NCBI GenBank assembly: GCA_951406725.2
Contig: OX597827.1
Span: 81,592,001-81,656,000, forward strand
Reading direction: 5' to 3'
Length of the DNA stretch: 64,000 nt
DNA from: Octopus vulgaris
Taxonomy: Eukaryota
The position numbers were made by a program, and so were the translations under genes. Below, piece after piece: positions 27,718 to 40,704 of this stretch. The notes under the pieces were generated by a model, which was given only the letters and a program-made list of their open reading frames with translations, was not told the origin of the DNA and made no database searches. Positions within the stretch are counted from its first letter, which is position 1, and each line of letters starts with the position of its first letter.

Positions 27718-28230
27718 CCATCATCATCGCTTTATGTCCACTTTCCATGCTGGCATGGGTTGGATGGTTTGACTGAGGACTGGTGAGCCAGAGGCTGCAC
27801 CAGGCTCAATCTGATCTAGCAAAGTTTCTACAGCTGGATGCCCTTTCTAACGCCAACCATTCCAAGAGTGTAGTGGGTGCTTTTACGTGTCACAGGCATG
27901 AGGGACAGTCAGGTGGTACTGGCAACGACCACATTCAAAAGGTGTTTTTAGATGCTACCTACATGGGAGCCAGTCTAGTAGCACTGGCAATGACCTCGCT
28001 TGAAAGTTGTTTTGCATGTGCCGGTAAAGCGATGCTGGCAATAATCACGCTCAAATGGTGCTTTTCATGTGTTACCGGCATGGGAGCCGATCCGTGGCCC
28101 TGGCAACAGTCACGCTCGGATGGTGCTTTTAACGTCCTACATGAGTGCCAATGAAGCAGTTCTGCCATTGGCCACGTCAGCGATTTTGATTTGTTTACAT
28201 TTGCCTCAATAGGTCTTCGCAAGCAAGCAA
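27718..28230 (-). mobile_element. RTE 3' UTR with degenerate ~60-bp repeats
   Basis: (CAT)n tail and repeated ggtgcttttacgtg units. Confidence 0.75.
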
Positions 28231-28689
28231 AGTTCATTGTCCAATATGGAGTGTTAGGTAACAATCTGATTATATAACCCTATGCTCATCAGAGGTAGCC
28301 AATATGGAATGCAATATGGTGACTCACTCTATTGAAAGGTGTAGAAGTGCATCTTTCTCCTGACTTATGGACTTTTAGGACGATTTATGCACGTGTGTGT
28401 ATGTATATATATAATACATCATCATCATCATCATCATTTAGCATCCGCTTTCCATGCTAGCATGGGTTGGACGGTTCAACTGAGGTCTGTGAAGCCAGAA
28501 GGCTGCATCAAGCCCAGTCTGATCTGGCAGTGTTTCTACGGCTGGATGCCCTTCCTAACGCCAACCACTCCATGAGTGTAGTGGGTGCTTACATATATAT
28601 ATATAATACATATATATATATATATAATACATATATATATAATACATATATATAAAATACATATAGGTGAATACATAAAATACATATAG

Positions 28690-29030
28690 GTGAAGGCGCG
28701 TGGCTCAGTGGTTAGAGCGTCGAGCTTACGATCGTGAGGTTGTGAGCTCGAATCCCGGACCAGGCTGCGTGTTGTGTTCTTGAGCAAGACACTTTATTTC
28801 ACGTTGCTCTAGTTCACTCAGCTGTAGAAATGAGTTGCGACGTCACAGGTGCCAAGCTGTATCGGCCCTTGCCTTTCCCTTGGACAACATCGGTGACGTG
28901 GAGAGGGGAGGCCGGTATGCATGGGCGACTGCTGGTCTTCCATAAAATAACCTTGCCCAGACTTGTGCCTCAGAGGGTAACTCTCTAGGTGCAAACCCAT
29001 GGTCAGTGTCTGACCGAAGGGGGTCACCAT
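28690..29030 (+). mobile_element. tRNA-derived SINE, family C, young copy
   Basis: A box tggctcagtgg, B box gctcgaatcc, cttgagcaagacactt; close homologue at 56577-56905. Confidence 0.9.
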
Positions 29031-29087
29031 ACCATAAAATGCATATATATATAAAATACATATATATATAAAATACATATATATATA

Positions 29088-29238
29088 ATGGTTGTATACT
29101 GTCAATCTAACAAGAACTGTATAGCCCTAGGAAGCATCGAACGCCTCCTGATGGAGGTGTTCGATGCTTCCTAGGGCTATACAGCGGTGGTGTACCCCCT
29201 ACTGTCACGTTCTTGTTAGATTGACAGTATACAACCAT
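29088..29238. repeat. Near-perfect palindrome with a one-sided ~23-nt insert
   Basis: atggttgtatactgtcaatctaacaagaac / gttcttgttagattgacagtatacaaccat, plus an inner ~32-bp stem around the loop tgat. Confidence 0.9.
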
Positions 29239-29384
29239 TCTATCGCCCCACCACCGTACATGTCTCTACGAGAGATTTAGAAATTCAATATTTCTTACAT
29301 ATATATATATAATACATATATATAAAATACATATATATATAAAATACATATATATATATAATACATATATATATATGTATATTT

Positions 29385-29432
<48 letters not shown>

Positions 29433-29464
29433 TTATATACATTATTTATATATAATATATATCT

Positions 29465-30310
29465 TAGCTATGATGGCTCTCCACATGTGATTGAGGAAGA
29501 CCATCACTGACCATTAAGAACATTGTACACTTCAGACAAATTTATCCTTTACTCTTGTGGTTCTGCTGTTGACTAATGAGCCCAGCTCTTGATAAACATA
29601 CACCTCTGCAGATATTGCAGACAAAGCTTGCCCTCATTCACAACACTGGTGGTGCATATTCGATTCCGCATGAAAAATACATATTTTTTTGAAAATGCCC
29701 GTTTCTTTCTTCACTTGATTCCTCCATTCATGGTGATGACAAGCATTGTTTTTTTCAATTGATCTCTCGTATTTCACATGCCCTCTTTGAGGATTGTATC
29801 CAATCTTTAAATTGTAGTCTAGGTTTCTGCTAATGGTACCATATGTTTGCCATATGGTACCTTGTTAGAGATCCTTCAATTATTCTTCCAAATGAGGTGT
29901 CTCATCCAACATGAACAGTGCTTGTGAACTATTGCCTCAATGCTAAGGATGTTGGCTCTTGTTGTCATTGTCTCCCACAACGGCCAGTCAATATTCAGAA
30001 CATGTCTTAGACATCTCTGATGAAAGCATTATAGAACCCTAACACAATATTCTTAAAGGGCCCATATTTTACATGAGTAAAGAAATGATGTCAGCACATA
30101 CACATGGCACACGACAATGTTTGTTTGCCTTGTGATGCCAAGTTGGGAGTCAAGAGCTCTAAAGGAATCTGTTGTCTTCTGAAGCCTTGAGGGTATTTCA
30201 TCACCCAAGGAGCAAGAACACCTGAATGTGCTGCCCCAAGAGACAAACCAGTCTGCTACTTTCATTAGCTTTCCTTCAACTAAGATAGATGGTTTCACAT
30301 TTGAGATGTT
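29465..30310 (-). mobile_element. Old RTE-clade LINE remnant (second family)
   Basis: SLGDEIPSRLQKTTDSFRAL..GITRQT..V..VYVLTSFLYSCKIW. Confidence 0.7.
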
Positions 30311-30403
30311 GAGTCAACGTCCCAAAGTGACACATAAGCAAAATAGTATGATTTAAATATATTCAGCTTTTCATCTTCCTCTTCTTTTCTTTTATGTATT
30401 TTC

Positions 30404-30528
30404 GTTTCACTCTGATGAAGCTCCATGTTCCAGATCGGATGTATTAGCAAATATGATGAATATCATTTTTAGAATTTTCAATGGCAATACCATATGACAT
30501 TGGAAGCAGAAACAGCTGTCAGATGGGA
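30404..30528 (+). ncRNA. Type-I hammerhead ribozyme-like motif with intact core and long stem II
   Basis: tttcact-CTGATGA-agctccatgt...acattggaagca-GAAA-cagct-GTC-agatggga; palindromic stem III acagctgt. Confidence 0.55.
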
Positions 30529-30859
30529 TGCAGTCTATTTGTATTGAATTAAAAAATAATAATTGATCTAAGTTAATTATTGTTCATCAATATTTCTTTA
30601 TTTTCTGTTTATTTTAATTTTGATTCCTGATAAACTCATGTTTATCTTTGTTATTACTTGTAATCCATGAGCATAATATGCTTGCATATGTATGTCCAGG
30701 GTTAACATTGGTAATTATGCCAGCAGCACAATGGATACTATTATCATTAGACAGTTATTCCAACCTCTAACTCTACTAAACCCTAAATATATATATTGCA
30801 CCACCCAGGATGCTTCCTGCACCAGTTTCGCATAGCCCCAGCCCATTCAAAGGACCTTG

Positions 30860-31208
30860 GATTGCAGAACAACCTGCTGTGCTTGAGGAGACCTATTGAG
30901 TCAAGTACATGAACATCGAAATAAATATCAAATGGAAATAGTAGTTGTAATACCTGTGCCGGTGGCACGCAAAAAGCACCAACCAATCGTGGCTGCTGCC
31001 AGCCTCCCCTGGCACCTGTGCCGGTGGCACGTAAAAAGCACCCACTACACTCACGGAGTGGTTGGTGTTAGGAAGGGCATCCAGCTGTAGAAACACTGCC
31101 AGATCAGACTGGAGCCTGGTGCAGCCTTCTGGCTTCCAAGACCCCGGTCGAACCGTCCAACCTGTGCTAGCATGGAGAACGGACGTTAAACGATGATGAT
31201 GATGATGA
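30860..31208 (+). mobile_element. RTE 3' UTR/tail copy
   Basis: Matches 14230-14495; (GAT)n joined to TA. Confidence 0.8.
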
Positions 31209-31714
31209 TATATATTACACACACACACAAAAGCCTGATGAAGTGGGTTGGCCTGCAACAGCTCTGTGCCAATGCCATGTAAAAAGCACTTGTGCTGGCA
31301 CCACATAAAAGTTCTCATGTTGGTACCATGTCAAAGTGCTGGTGCCATGTTAGAAGCCCCCATCACACTGCAAAGTGGTTGTTGTTAGGAAGGGCGTCGA
31401 GCTGTAGAAACTATGACAAATCAGCCTGGTGCAGGTTCCAGGCTTGCCAGTTCTGGTAAAACCGTCCAAGCCATGCCAGCATGGACAATGGACATTAAAG
31501 GATGATGATGATGATGATGGTGATATACACAGATGCACTTTTACACACACATGTAGCAACATAAAACTATCTGCATCTGTTTATGCTTACATAAGCAGAA
31601 TTAGTTATGTGTGTATGTACATGTACATGTGGGGGAGTGGGTGAGCCTACCCTTTAATGGAGGTATGTCAGGATGGGTTTTGTCTTTGTACTTACTTGTA
31701 CATTATGAACTTCT

Positions 31715-31950
31715 AGTCTACACAGATATCGACATACTGGAGATATCTACATATTGACTGACTATAGATATTTCAATATCAACATACTTTAGATATCCAG
31801 AAATTGACCTACTGGTCAAATCTAGTATCGACATACTGGAAATATCTAGATATTTACTTACTACAGATATCTAGATATTGATATATTGTAAATATCTACA
31901 CATTGATAGACGGTAGATATCAAGGTATCAACATACTTGGGATATCCAAA
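31715..31950. repeat. Degenerate ~24-25-bp minisatellite
   Basis: Units like atattgacatactggagatatctag. Confidence 0.7.
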
Positions 31951-33089
31951 TAAGTTGTGATAAAAGAGAATGCAGTTATTTTGTGATGTGGCCTTGTACA
32001 TACCCAAATCTAGTTACCATTTTTTAAAAAATAATATTGTCTTTAATTCTGTTTGTTTTTAAAAGCATGGAAGAATGTGGTAATACTTGTGAACTTGTAT
32101 ATAACTTTAAACAATGTCTAATTTTGAACTATTTTCTTTAAGCAATATTTAACTTTAAGCCAGCCATCTAAGAATCTAGAATTATAGCATCATTACTGCT
32201 AATCTTACCAATCAGCTATGCACCGGATATTAGATAACAGGGCAGCTGGGTAAATACAATGTTCTTTGGAGATAGCAAGTTCTCCTGCCATCTCTGAAGA
32301 GCATGAGGTATTACTTAACTGTGCTGTTACCTAATATCTGGGTATCTAACACCAGGTGCAAAAGCAATCGATAAGATTGGTTGAAATGAATCAATAATAC
32401 TCTACAAGTTGATTCCTCTTCCTCCTCCTCATCACCATGTTGTCGTCATTTAAAATCTGTTTTCCATGTTGGCATTGACAGGGGCTGGCTAGCTGCAGGG
32501 CTGCCCCAGCTCCAATTGTCTGCTTTGTCATGCTTTCTACAGTTGGATGCTCTTCCTAAAGGCAACCACTTTACAGAGTGGGCTGGATGCTAATTATATG
32601 GCACCAGATGAGCGCTTTATATGTGGCACCAGCACAGGTGCCTTTATGGCGCACTTGCAGGGGTGTTTTAAGTGACACTGGAATGAGGGTTTTTAAGTGG
32701 CACCAGTACATGTGCTTTTTATATAGAACCAGTGTGGGTAAAATAACATGGTCCTGGAATGGGTGCTTCTATGTGGCTCTCACAGAAAAGCTTTTTACAT
32801 GGCACCAGCACAAACGCTATGATGTGGCCCCTGAAACAAGAGCTTTTTACATAACGCCAAAACGGGTGCTTTATACGTGGAATTTACACCATATGAGGAG
32901 GTAAGTTGACAGAATCATTGCTACTAGGCATTATACCTTCATCCACATTCTAGGTTCAAATTCTGCTGAGGTCAATTTTAACTTTCCTTCTTTCAGAGTT
33001 GATAAATTAAGTACCAGTTGAGCATTGGGGTCAATGCAATCAACTACCCCTAACCAAATACACCGCCACAAAATTGCTGGCTTTGTGCC

Positions 33090-34860
33090 ACCTTTCAAAC
33101 GGAATACATTACGATTATAAAGAAATTTGAGAGGAAAATCTTTTCCAAAGGGGTGGGAAGAGGACTTCGGAATATTCACAAAACCTAAGCTTTTCCTTCG
33201 TAACTTTTAGGAAAATGGATTTTTTTTTCAATGAAACTTTATAGAAATACCTTCCAAACGGCATACATTACGATTATAAAGAAATTTCTAGGGTAAATCT
33301 TTTCCAAGAGGGTAGGAACAAGACTTCGCTCGTAACTTTTGGGAAAATGGCGATTCTTCCAATGAAATTTTATAGAAATACCTTCCAAACGGCATAAATT
33401 AGGATTATAAAGAAATTTCTAGGGTAAATCTTTTTCAAGAGGGTTGGAACAAGACTTCTCTCGTAACTTTTAGGAAAATGGCGATTCTTCCAATGAAATT
33501 TTATAGAAATATCTTTCAAACGGCATAAATTAGGATTATAAAGAAATTTCTAGGGTAAATCTTTTTCAAGAGGGTTGGAAGAAGACTTCTCTCATAACTT
33601 TTAGGAAAATGGCGATTCTCCCAATGAAATTTTATAGAAATACCTTCCAAACGGCATACATTACGATTATAAAGAAATTTCTAGGGTAAATCTTTTTCAA
33701 GAGGGTTGGAAGAAGACTTCTCTCGTAACTTTTAGGAAAATGGCGATTCTTCCAATGAAATTTTATAGAAATACCTTCCAAACGGCATAAATTAGGATTA
33801 TAAAGAAATTTTTTAGGGTAAATGTTTTCCAAGAGGGTAGGAACAAGACTTCTCTCGTAACTTTTAGGAAAATGGCGATTCTTCCAATGAAATTTTATAG
33901 AAATATCTTTCAGACGGCATACATCAGGATTAAAAGAAATTTCTAGGGTAAATCTTTTCCAAGAGGGCAGGAACAAGACTTCTCTCGTAACTTTTAGGAA
34001 AATGGCGATTCATCCAATGAAATTTTATAGAAATATCTTTCAAACGGCATGAATTGGGATTATAAAGAAATTTCTAGGGTAAACCTTTTCCAAGAGGGTT
34101 GGAACAAGACTTCTCTCGTAACTTTTAGGAAAATGGCGATTCTTCCAATGAAATTTTATAGAAATATCTTCCAAACGGCATAAATTACTATTATAAAGAA
34201 ATTTCTAGGGTAAATGTTTTCCAAGATGGTTGGAAGAAGACTTCTCTCGTAACTTTTAGGAAAATGGCGATTCTTCCAATGAAATTTTATAGAAATACCT
34301 TTCAAACGGCATAAATTAGGATTATAAAGAAATTTCTAGGGTAAATCTTTTTCAAAAGGGTTGGAAGAAGACTTCTCTCGTAACTTTTAGGAAAATGGCG
34401 ATTCTCCCAATGAAATTTTATAGAAATATCTTTCAAACGGCATAAATTAGGATTATAAAGAAATTTCTAGGGTAAATCTTTTTCAAAAGGGTTGGAACAA
34501 GACTTCTCTCGTAACTTTTAGGAAAATGGCGATTCTTCCAATGAAATTTTATAGAAATATCTTTCAAACGGCATAAATTGGGATTATAAAGAAATTTCTA
34601 GGGTAAATCTTTTCCAAGAGGGTAGGAACAAGACTTCACTCGTAACTTTTAGGAAAATGGCGATTCTTCCAATGAAATTTTATAGAAATATCTTTCAAAC
34701 GGCATAAATTGGGATTATAAAGAAATTTCTAGGGTAAATCTTTTCCAAGAGGGTAGGAACAAGACTTCTCTCGTAACTTTTGGGAAAATGGCGATTCTTC
34801 CAATGAAATTTTATAGAAATATCTTCCAAACGGCATAAATTAGGATTATAAAGAAATTTG
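33090..34860. repeat. 131-bp tandem satellite, about 13 copies (left arm of the Merlin-type element)
   Basis: cgtaacttttaggaaaatggcg recurs at 33199, 33331, 33462, 33593 ... 34641, 34772. Confidence 0.95.
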
Positions 34861-35118
34861 TGGGGATCCTGAATTTTTCCTTGTTATATTTCGAAACCAC
34901 ATTCAACTTTCTACAGATAGCCTAGCCTTATACTTCTACACTACGTAGTGTTTTTTCTATTTTCAATAATTCTTAATGTTTTGGCTTCATTTTTACTTAA
35001 TTTCATCTTCAATTATTTTTATCCAAAGGCATGACAGTGCCATTTTTTAACCATTCCATCGTTATTCTCATTCACTTCTTATTACTTTGTCTCTCTCTCT
35101 ATCTATCTGTATACATAT

Positions 35119-35171
<53 letters not shown>

Positions 35172-36995
35172 GATACGTTTCCGAAGAAATCTTTTATAAA
35201 AAAAACTGCCCTTTTGAAGGTGAGGTGCGAAACGGCATCTGGCCCCTTTCTTTACACGTATTTTAAGATGACATTTTGCAGAAATACGATTTCTAGAGTG
35301 TGGATTACTTTCTATAGAAATCTCTCTGGCAAATTTAGAAATGGATTATTTCTATTTTCAAAGAAGTTTGAAAAGAATAATAAACGAATGCTGAAGTTAT
35401 AAGAATTCGTGGTAACGATGTCTGCCCAAGAAAACCATGATTAGTGTTTGTTTGAAACAAGTCAAAGTCTATTAAAACAATATCTTTTACATACCTGCTG
35501 AAATTACTGGACATATACATCCCAGCATATATAAGCCATAAGCTGCAAAACAGTTTTCAAATATCATCAAATGTTTCCACTTTTCTTTAGCAGTTTTCCG
35601 CGCCGACATTTTGAGCGGGGAACAGGTTCTCCTTCGATTTCGGGGGCAGAGAGAGAGAGAGAGATGGGGGGAGTGAGTGAGTGAAGGTGGGCTTTGTTAG
35701 TTGTTTATTTATTTATTATTTATATGTAATTTTGCATTTAGTGTTTGATTTTATTTTCGGATTGCCTGTGACGATATCTGCAAGAACGAACTGCATTGAT
35801 ATAAAACTACCGTTCAGTGGTACCAGTTCTGTACAGATGTTTGTTCGGCAAAACTACTGCAGGACAAAACTCCCATTGGTGGTCCGGATCATACAGTGGA
35901 GATCGGTGAAAGCTTGTTCTTCAATAGCAAGAACAATGTAGGAAGAATGTGTCGCAAGACACCACAACCAGAAAAGCATTTCTTCAACGTGTACCCGATA
36001 AGAGGAGTACAGAGACGTTGGAGAATGTCATCAGACAAAAGGTTCTTCCAGGAACAACTGTTATGACTGACAATTTGGCAAGCTATTGTAATCTCCACAT
36101 ACTCGGTTACATTCACCCCCATACATTAAATCATTGCCAAAATTTCATAGATCGGTCACCGGGGTGTGTACAAATCGGCGGAGGTAAAGATCATGGACCG
36201 CACCCCCTTTGGGATATTTTTTGGTTTCATTTTTACATGAACACACTATATCGGGGGACGTAGATTCCGAATCTGCAGAAGAAAATGCATTTCAAAATTT
36301 ATATTGTACAGGCAAAAAAAAAACAACATAACTGATAAAGAACACTCTTACTCACTCTCCCCATCTCTCTCTCTCTCTCTGCCCCCGAAATCGAAAGAGA
36401 ACCTGTTCCCCGCTCAAAATGTCGGCGCAGAAAATTGCTAAAGAAAAGTGGAAACATTTGATGATATTTGAAAACTGTTTTGCAGCTTATGGCTTATATA
36501 TGCTGGGATGTATATGTCCAGTAATTTCAGCAGGTATGTAAAAGATATTGTTTTAATAGACTTTGACTTGTTTCAAACAAACACTAACAGGGTTTTCTTG
36601 GGCAGACATCGTTACCACGAATTCTTATAACTTCAGCATTCGTTTATTATTCTTTTCAAACTTCTTTGAAAATAGAAATAATACAAAGTTGAATGTGGTT
36701 TCGAAATATAACTAGGAAATATTCAGGATCCCCAGAAATTTCTTTCTAATCGTAATTTATGCCGTTTGGAAGATATTTCTGTAAAATTTCATTGGAAAAA
36801 ATCGCCATTTTCCTAAAAGTTACGAGAGAAGTCTTCTTCCTACCCTCTTGAAAAAGATTTACCCTAGAAATTTCTTTCTAATCGTAATGTATGCCATCTG
36901 AAAGGTATCTCTATAAAATTTCATTGAAAAAGAAATCCATTTTCCTAAAAGTTGCGAGGGAAAAACTCGGATCTTGTGAATTTTCCGAAGTCCTC
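33160..36995 (+). mobile_element. Merlin (IS1016/IS1595-like) DNA transposon with long foldback-type inverted arms
   Basis: 35346-35682 pairs with 36349-36681 almost perfectly; the outer left arm (33160-34911) pairs with 36683-36995; transposase remnant in the centre. Confidence 0.85.
35803..36230 (+). pseudogene. Merlin/IS1595-family DDE transposase remnant
   Basis: KTTVQWYQFCTDVC...IGGPDHTVEIGESLFFNSKNNVGR, then in another frame FLQRVPDKRSTETLENVIRQKVLPGTTVMTDNLASYCNLHILGYIH..LNH..NFID; first catalytic D appears as G; internal deletions. Confidence 0.88.
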
Positions 36996-39900
36996 TCCTC
37001 CTTCATGTTGCTTTTCGCGTAATTTTTTTTTTTACATATTCGTTTTCTACACATTCTTTGACACCCATTCCAGTATAATTTTTGGATTTTCCTTTCAGGG
37101 TCAAGATTTAAACATTAACCATTAAATCCCCACTCCCATTGATCTTTTCACTCACGATTTTAAGGAATAAAAATAAAAATCGCGCTCGAACTAACTTTTA
37201 TGTGTGGGGGGAGAAAGATGAACGATTTAAGATAATTAAAATCTTTGTTGTGTGAGAAAGTATATATATTCTGATGATAAAGTATTGTATCTTTCAAAAT
37301 CATCCTAAATTTATAGACTATATCTTATGTTAGAAAATTATTTTTTAAATCTCACAACGGGAGATATTCAGCAACAGTGCTTTCGGAGTAAAGATTGTTT
37401 GCCAACATAACAAGGGGCAGTCCTCGGATATATTTTATGTTTTAGAAGAAAAAAAAGATTTTACTGAAATAAATTTTCTATAGTGTGAATTACATGGTTC
37501 GTTATTAAATATATCCGTACTCGCCTCCACCTTTTTTCTGGACTAAAATAAAGGATTTGCAGCATATTAGGAGGTCAGAGTACTTCATTCCACGCAAAAA
37601 ATCCGATTTTCTTTTTTCTTAGTGAAAATCGTACGTGTGTTAATATAAAAATTTACCGGTGAAATTCCCGAGGTTTCCACCTCACCCCACCTCGTTTTTC
37701 AGACCCCAAAAAGGGTTTTGTAGCATATTAGGTCACAGGAATTCACTTAACGGAAAAAAATATATTTCCAATGATTCAGGGTTGGGGGTTCCCCCCACTT
37801 TCTTCCGAACAAAAATAAGGGATTTGCAGAATATTAGGTCAGGGTACTTCATTCCACGCAAAAAATCCGAGACTTTTTTTTTTCTCTTAGTGAAGAATAT
37901 TTGACTATAGATAACAAAATGACCGCCCTAACGTGGGTAACCAATGTAAAAAAAAAAACCTTTTGAAAATTTACTTAAGAAAACGCTTATGCCCAGCAAT
38001 AAAAAAAGTCTTGTTTTCATGCCTAATTACTGCAGCATTTGCGTGCACTTAACAGCTGATTGAGTAAAGCTCACATGTGAGTACAACTCGTCTCACTTCT
38101 CGCACTGCTCAACAGACCCCAATAACGATTTTCGAAAAAATAAGTAGATACGGTTCTTGGCATGTATGTGTGTGTATATGTGCATGTGTGTATGTGTGTG
38201 TGCATATGTATGTATGTATTGTATGAGCATCGATGGTCATGTATATGTTTAACAAAGTAATCTGTTATTCCAGTGTCAGTATCTCTGTGTCAAATAATAT
38301 CATTTAATCTATACAACTGCAGGACAACTCTACATATGTTTCTCTATTATTAGTCCTCTTCAGTAAATCCAAATCTTTCCTCGTATTAACCACATCTAAT
38401 GGACACAGCTCCTTTTATGAGACAGGAACTTGTCTTATTTTATGTATAATAGTATTTATGAGCAATATTTGTATTTGTACTAATATTTATATGTATATTA
38501 GTAACATTAGTATAGTATTAGTACTATATGAATATTAGATGTTATCAGCATCATCATCGTTTAACGTCTGCTTTCCAAGCTGGCATGGGTTGGATGGTTT
38601 GACTGAGAACTGGCAGGCCGGGACACTGCACCACAGGCCAAAATCTCATAGCTGGATGGCCTTCTTAATGCCAGCCACCCCAAGAGTGTGGTGGGTGCTT
38701 TTTATGTGCCACCAGCATGGGAGCCAGTCGAGTGGCACTGGCATCGGCCACACTCGAATGGTACTTTTTATGTGCCAGTCAGACAGCACTGGCATTGGCC
38801 ATGCTCTAATGGTGCTATTTATGCCACCAAAACGGATGCCAGTCAGTCGGCACCGGCATTATATTAGTGTTAATATCTTTGAAAGGAGAGGGCTGCTAGT
38901 TGATTATAGTGTTAAACCCCACCACCATCATCAGTACTTGACTAGTACTCTGTTTTATTGAGCCCAAAGTTTGAAAAGCAAAGTTGATCTCAACAGGATT
39001 TGAACTCAGAACATAAAGAGGAGGAAGAAACACCAAAAGGTGTTTCATCTGAGTCTCCAACTCTTCCATCAGGTCCCTCCTTTATCTTTTAGGCACCAAG
39101 CACCCTGAATGTTTACTTTTCTATATTTTGTATCTGTTTAGGGGACAGTAAACACAACACTTGGTAGTTATTGATGAAGTTGATGCTATTGGGGCTTACT
39201 CCAGGGTTAACCCTGATCAATGACATGCCATTCATGACCATCTTGTTTATTTTTTTCTGCAAGCCTTAGAGGCTCTGGAAATGAATCAGCTAAACTTTTC
39301 TTAAAAACAGTTAAAACTCCTTTGTTTGATGCCTCATTCCTTTTTTGGACATTGTAGAGCATGGCTTGAGACAGATATGGCTGCTCTTTCTGGCTCATAT
39401 ATTAATATTATATTAAACAAGTGTTAAGAACACAACTTGATTCATCAAAACCCTTATTGTTGGTGCCTTAATGTATACAACCCAACTTTCACCTCTTAGC
39501 CCTTGCAATCTGCCCCTCCCACTAGCCCTTCTGATAAAGAGGCTCAATCATTTGATACCCTCAATTCCCTGCCCCAGGAGGTATCCTTTCCTATCTGTAC
39601 CTGATACTGACACTTTGGACTTATTTTCACTCCTAACCCACTTATAAGCCTTTCCAACCCTTTCTGGCCCTAATATAATCCTTTCCCTTCTGTTACACCA
39701 AGATACAACCTAACATGCAGCCTAAAGAAGCAAGACTCTATGTGGTGGATTGACCTGCTAGAAATAGCCACTAATTCCCCATCTAATCCCAACCCAATGA
39801 GTTAAACATTGTTGATTCTTCAGTGACAAAACTTTACCATAATTGTCTTTCCCATTCAATTCATCTTACACCTTTGTCTCATCTCACACCATTAAAAGAT

Positions 39901-40704
39901 TCTCTTCTCAGCAAACCCTCCTTCTTGGAATGGCCATTGCCCATATTCTTCACATGACTAAACTCTACAATCCCTCACTGTAACAGATCTCACTCTGCTA
40001 TACAGGGGACAGATGCAGTTGACTCCTACCTTCTATTGCTGGTGAAGGGCAGACTTGACCACACTTGGTGGGTAACAAACAAATCTTCACTGCTAGACAT
40101 GAAAGAACAATGTCATCTTCAGACCAGCGACCTGTTAAAAGATATAGCAATCTTTAGCCAAATTAGGGTCAGGAGGGTTTGTGTCAAACAAGGGGTCCAA
40201 AGAAGTCTCCTGTTAAAGAACAATAACTATCTCTTCAAAAGACTGCCTTACAGTTTTTGTTTAGCAAATTTTAATCACATGGCATTGGTTAAATATGGTA
40301 GAAGACACTTGCCCAAAGTGCCACCAAGTGTGTTTGAACCTGTTATCATCTCGTGGATGAGCAATCTCTTTAACCACGCAGCCATCCCTCTTCCAAAGTA
40401 GGTCTCTACAATTTTTACGGAATCCCCTTCACACCTAAAATATCTCACTTTTAATTGATTCTGATGTTATATTTTTAGCTGGTGTTCTGATTTAGAGCAA
40501 ATAAAATTATTTTGGCACACATTTTGTAGTATGTCAAGAAATGAATTAACAAAAGTATATTTATATACTTAAATTTATATATACCTGTATGTATGTATGT
40601 ATTGTTGTTGTTGTTATTACCATTATTATCATTATTGGAGGTGGTGAGCTGGCAGAATTCTTACTCTACAGGACGAAATGTATTCTCTTTACTCTCTCTC
40701 TCTC

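Noticed and set aside
28690-28770. tRNA gene
   Set aside because: A/B boxes are present, but they continue into a multi-copy SINE body; no clean cloverleaf.
31235-31270. CTGATGA motif (also at about 46402 and 56090)
   Set aside because: No properly placed stem II/GAAA/NUH arrangement.
33090-34860. Regular array as a possible CRISPR
   Set aside because: Contiguous 131-bp units with no unique spacers; eukaryotic context; no cas genes.
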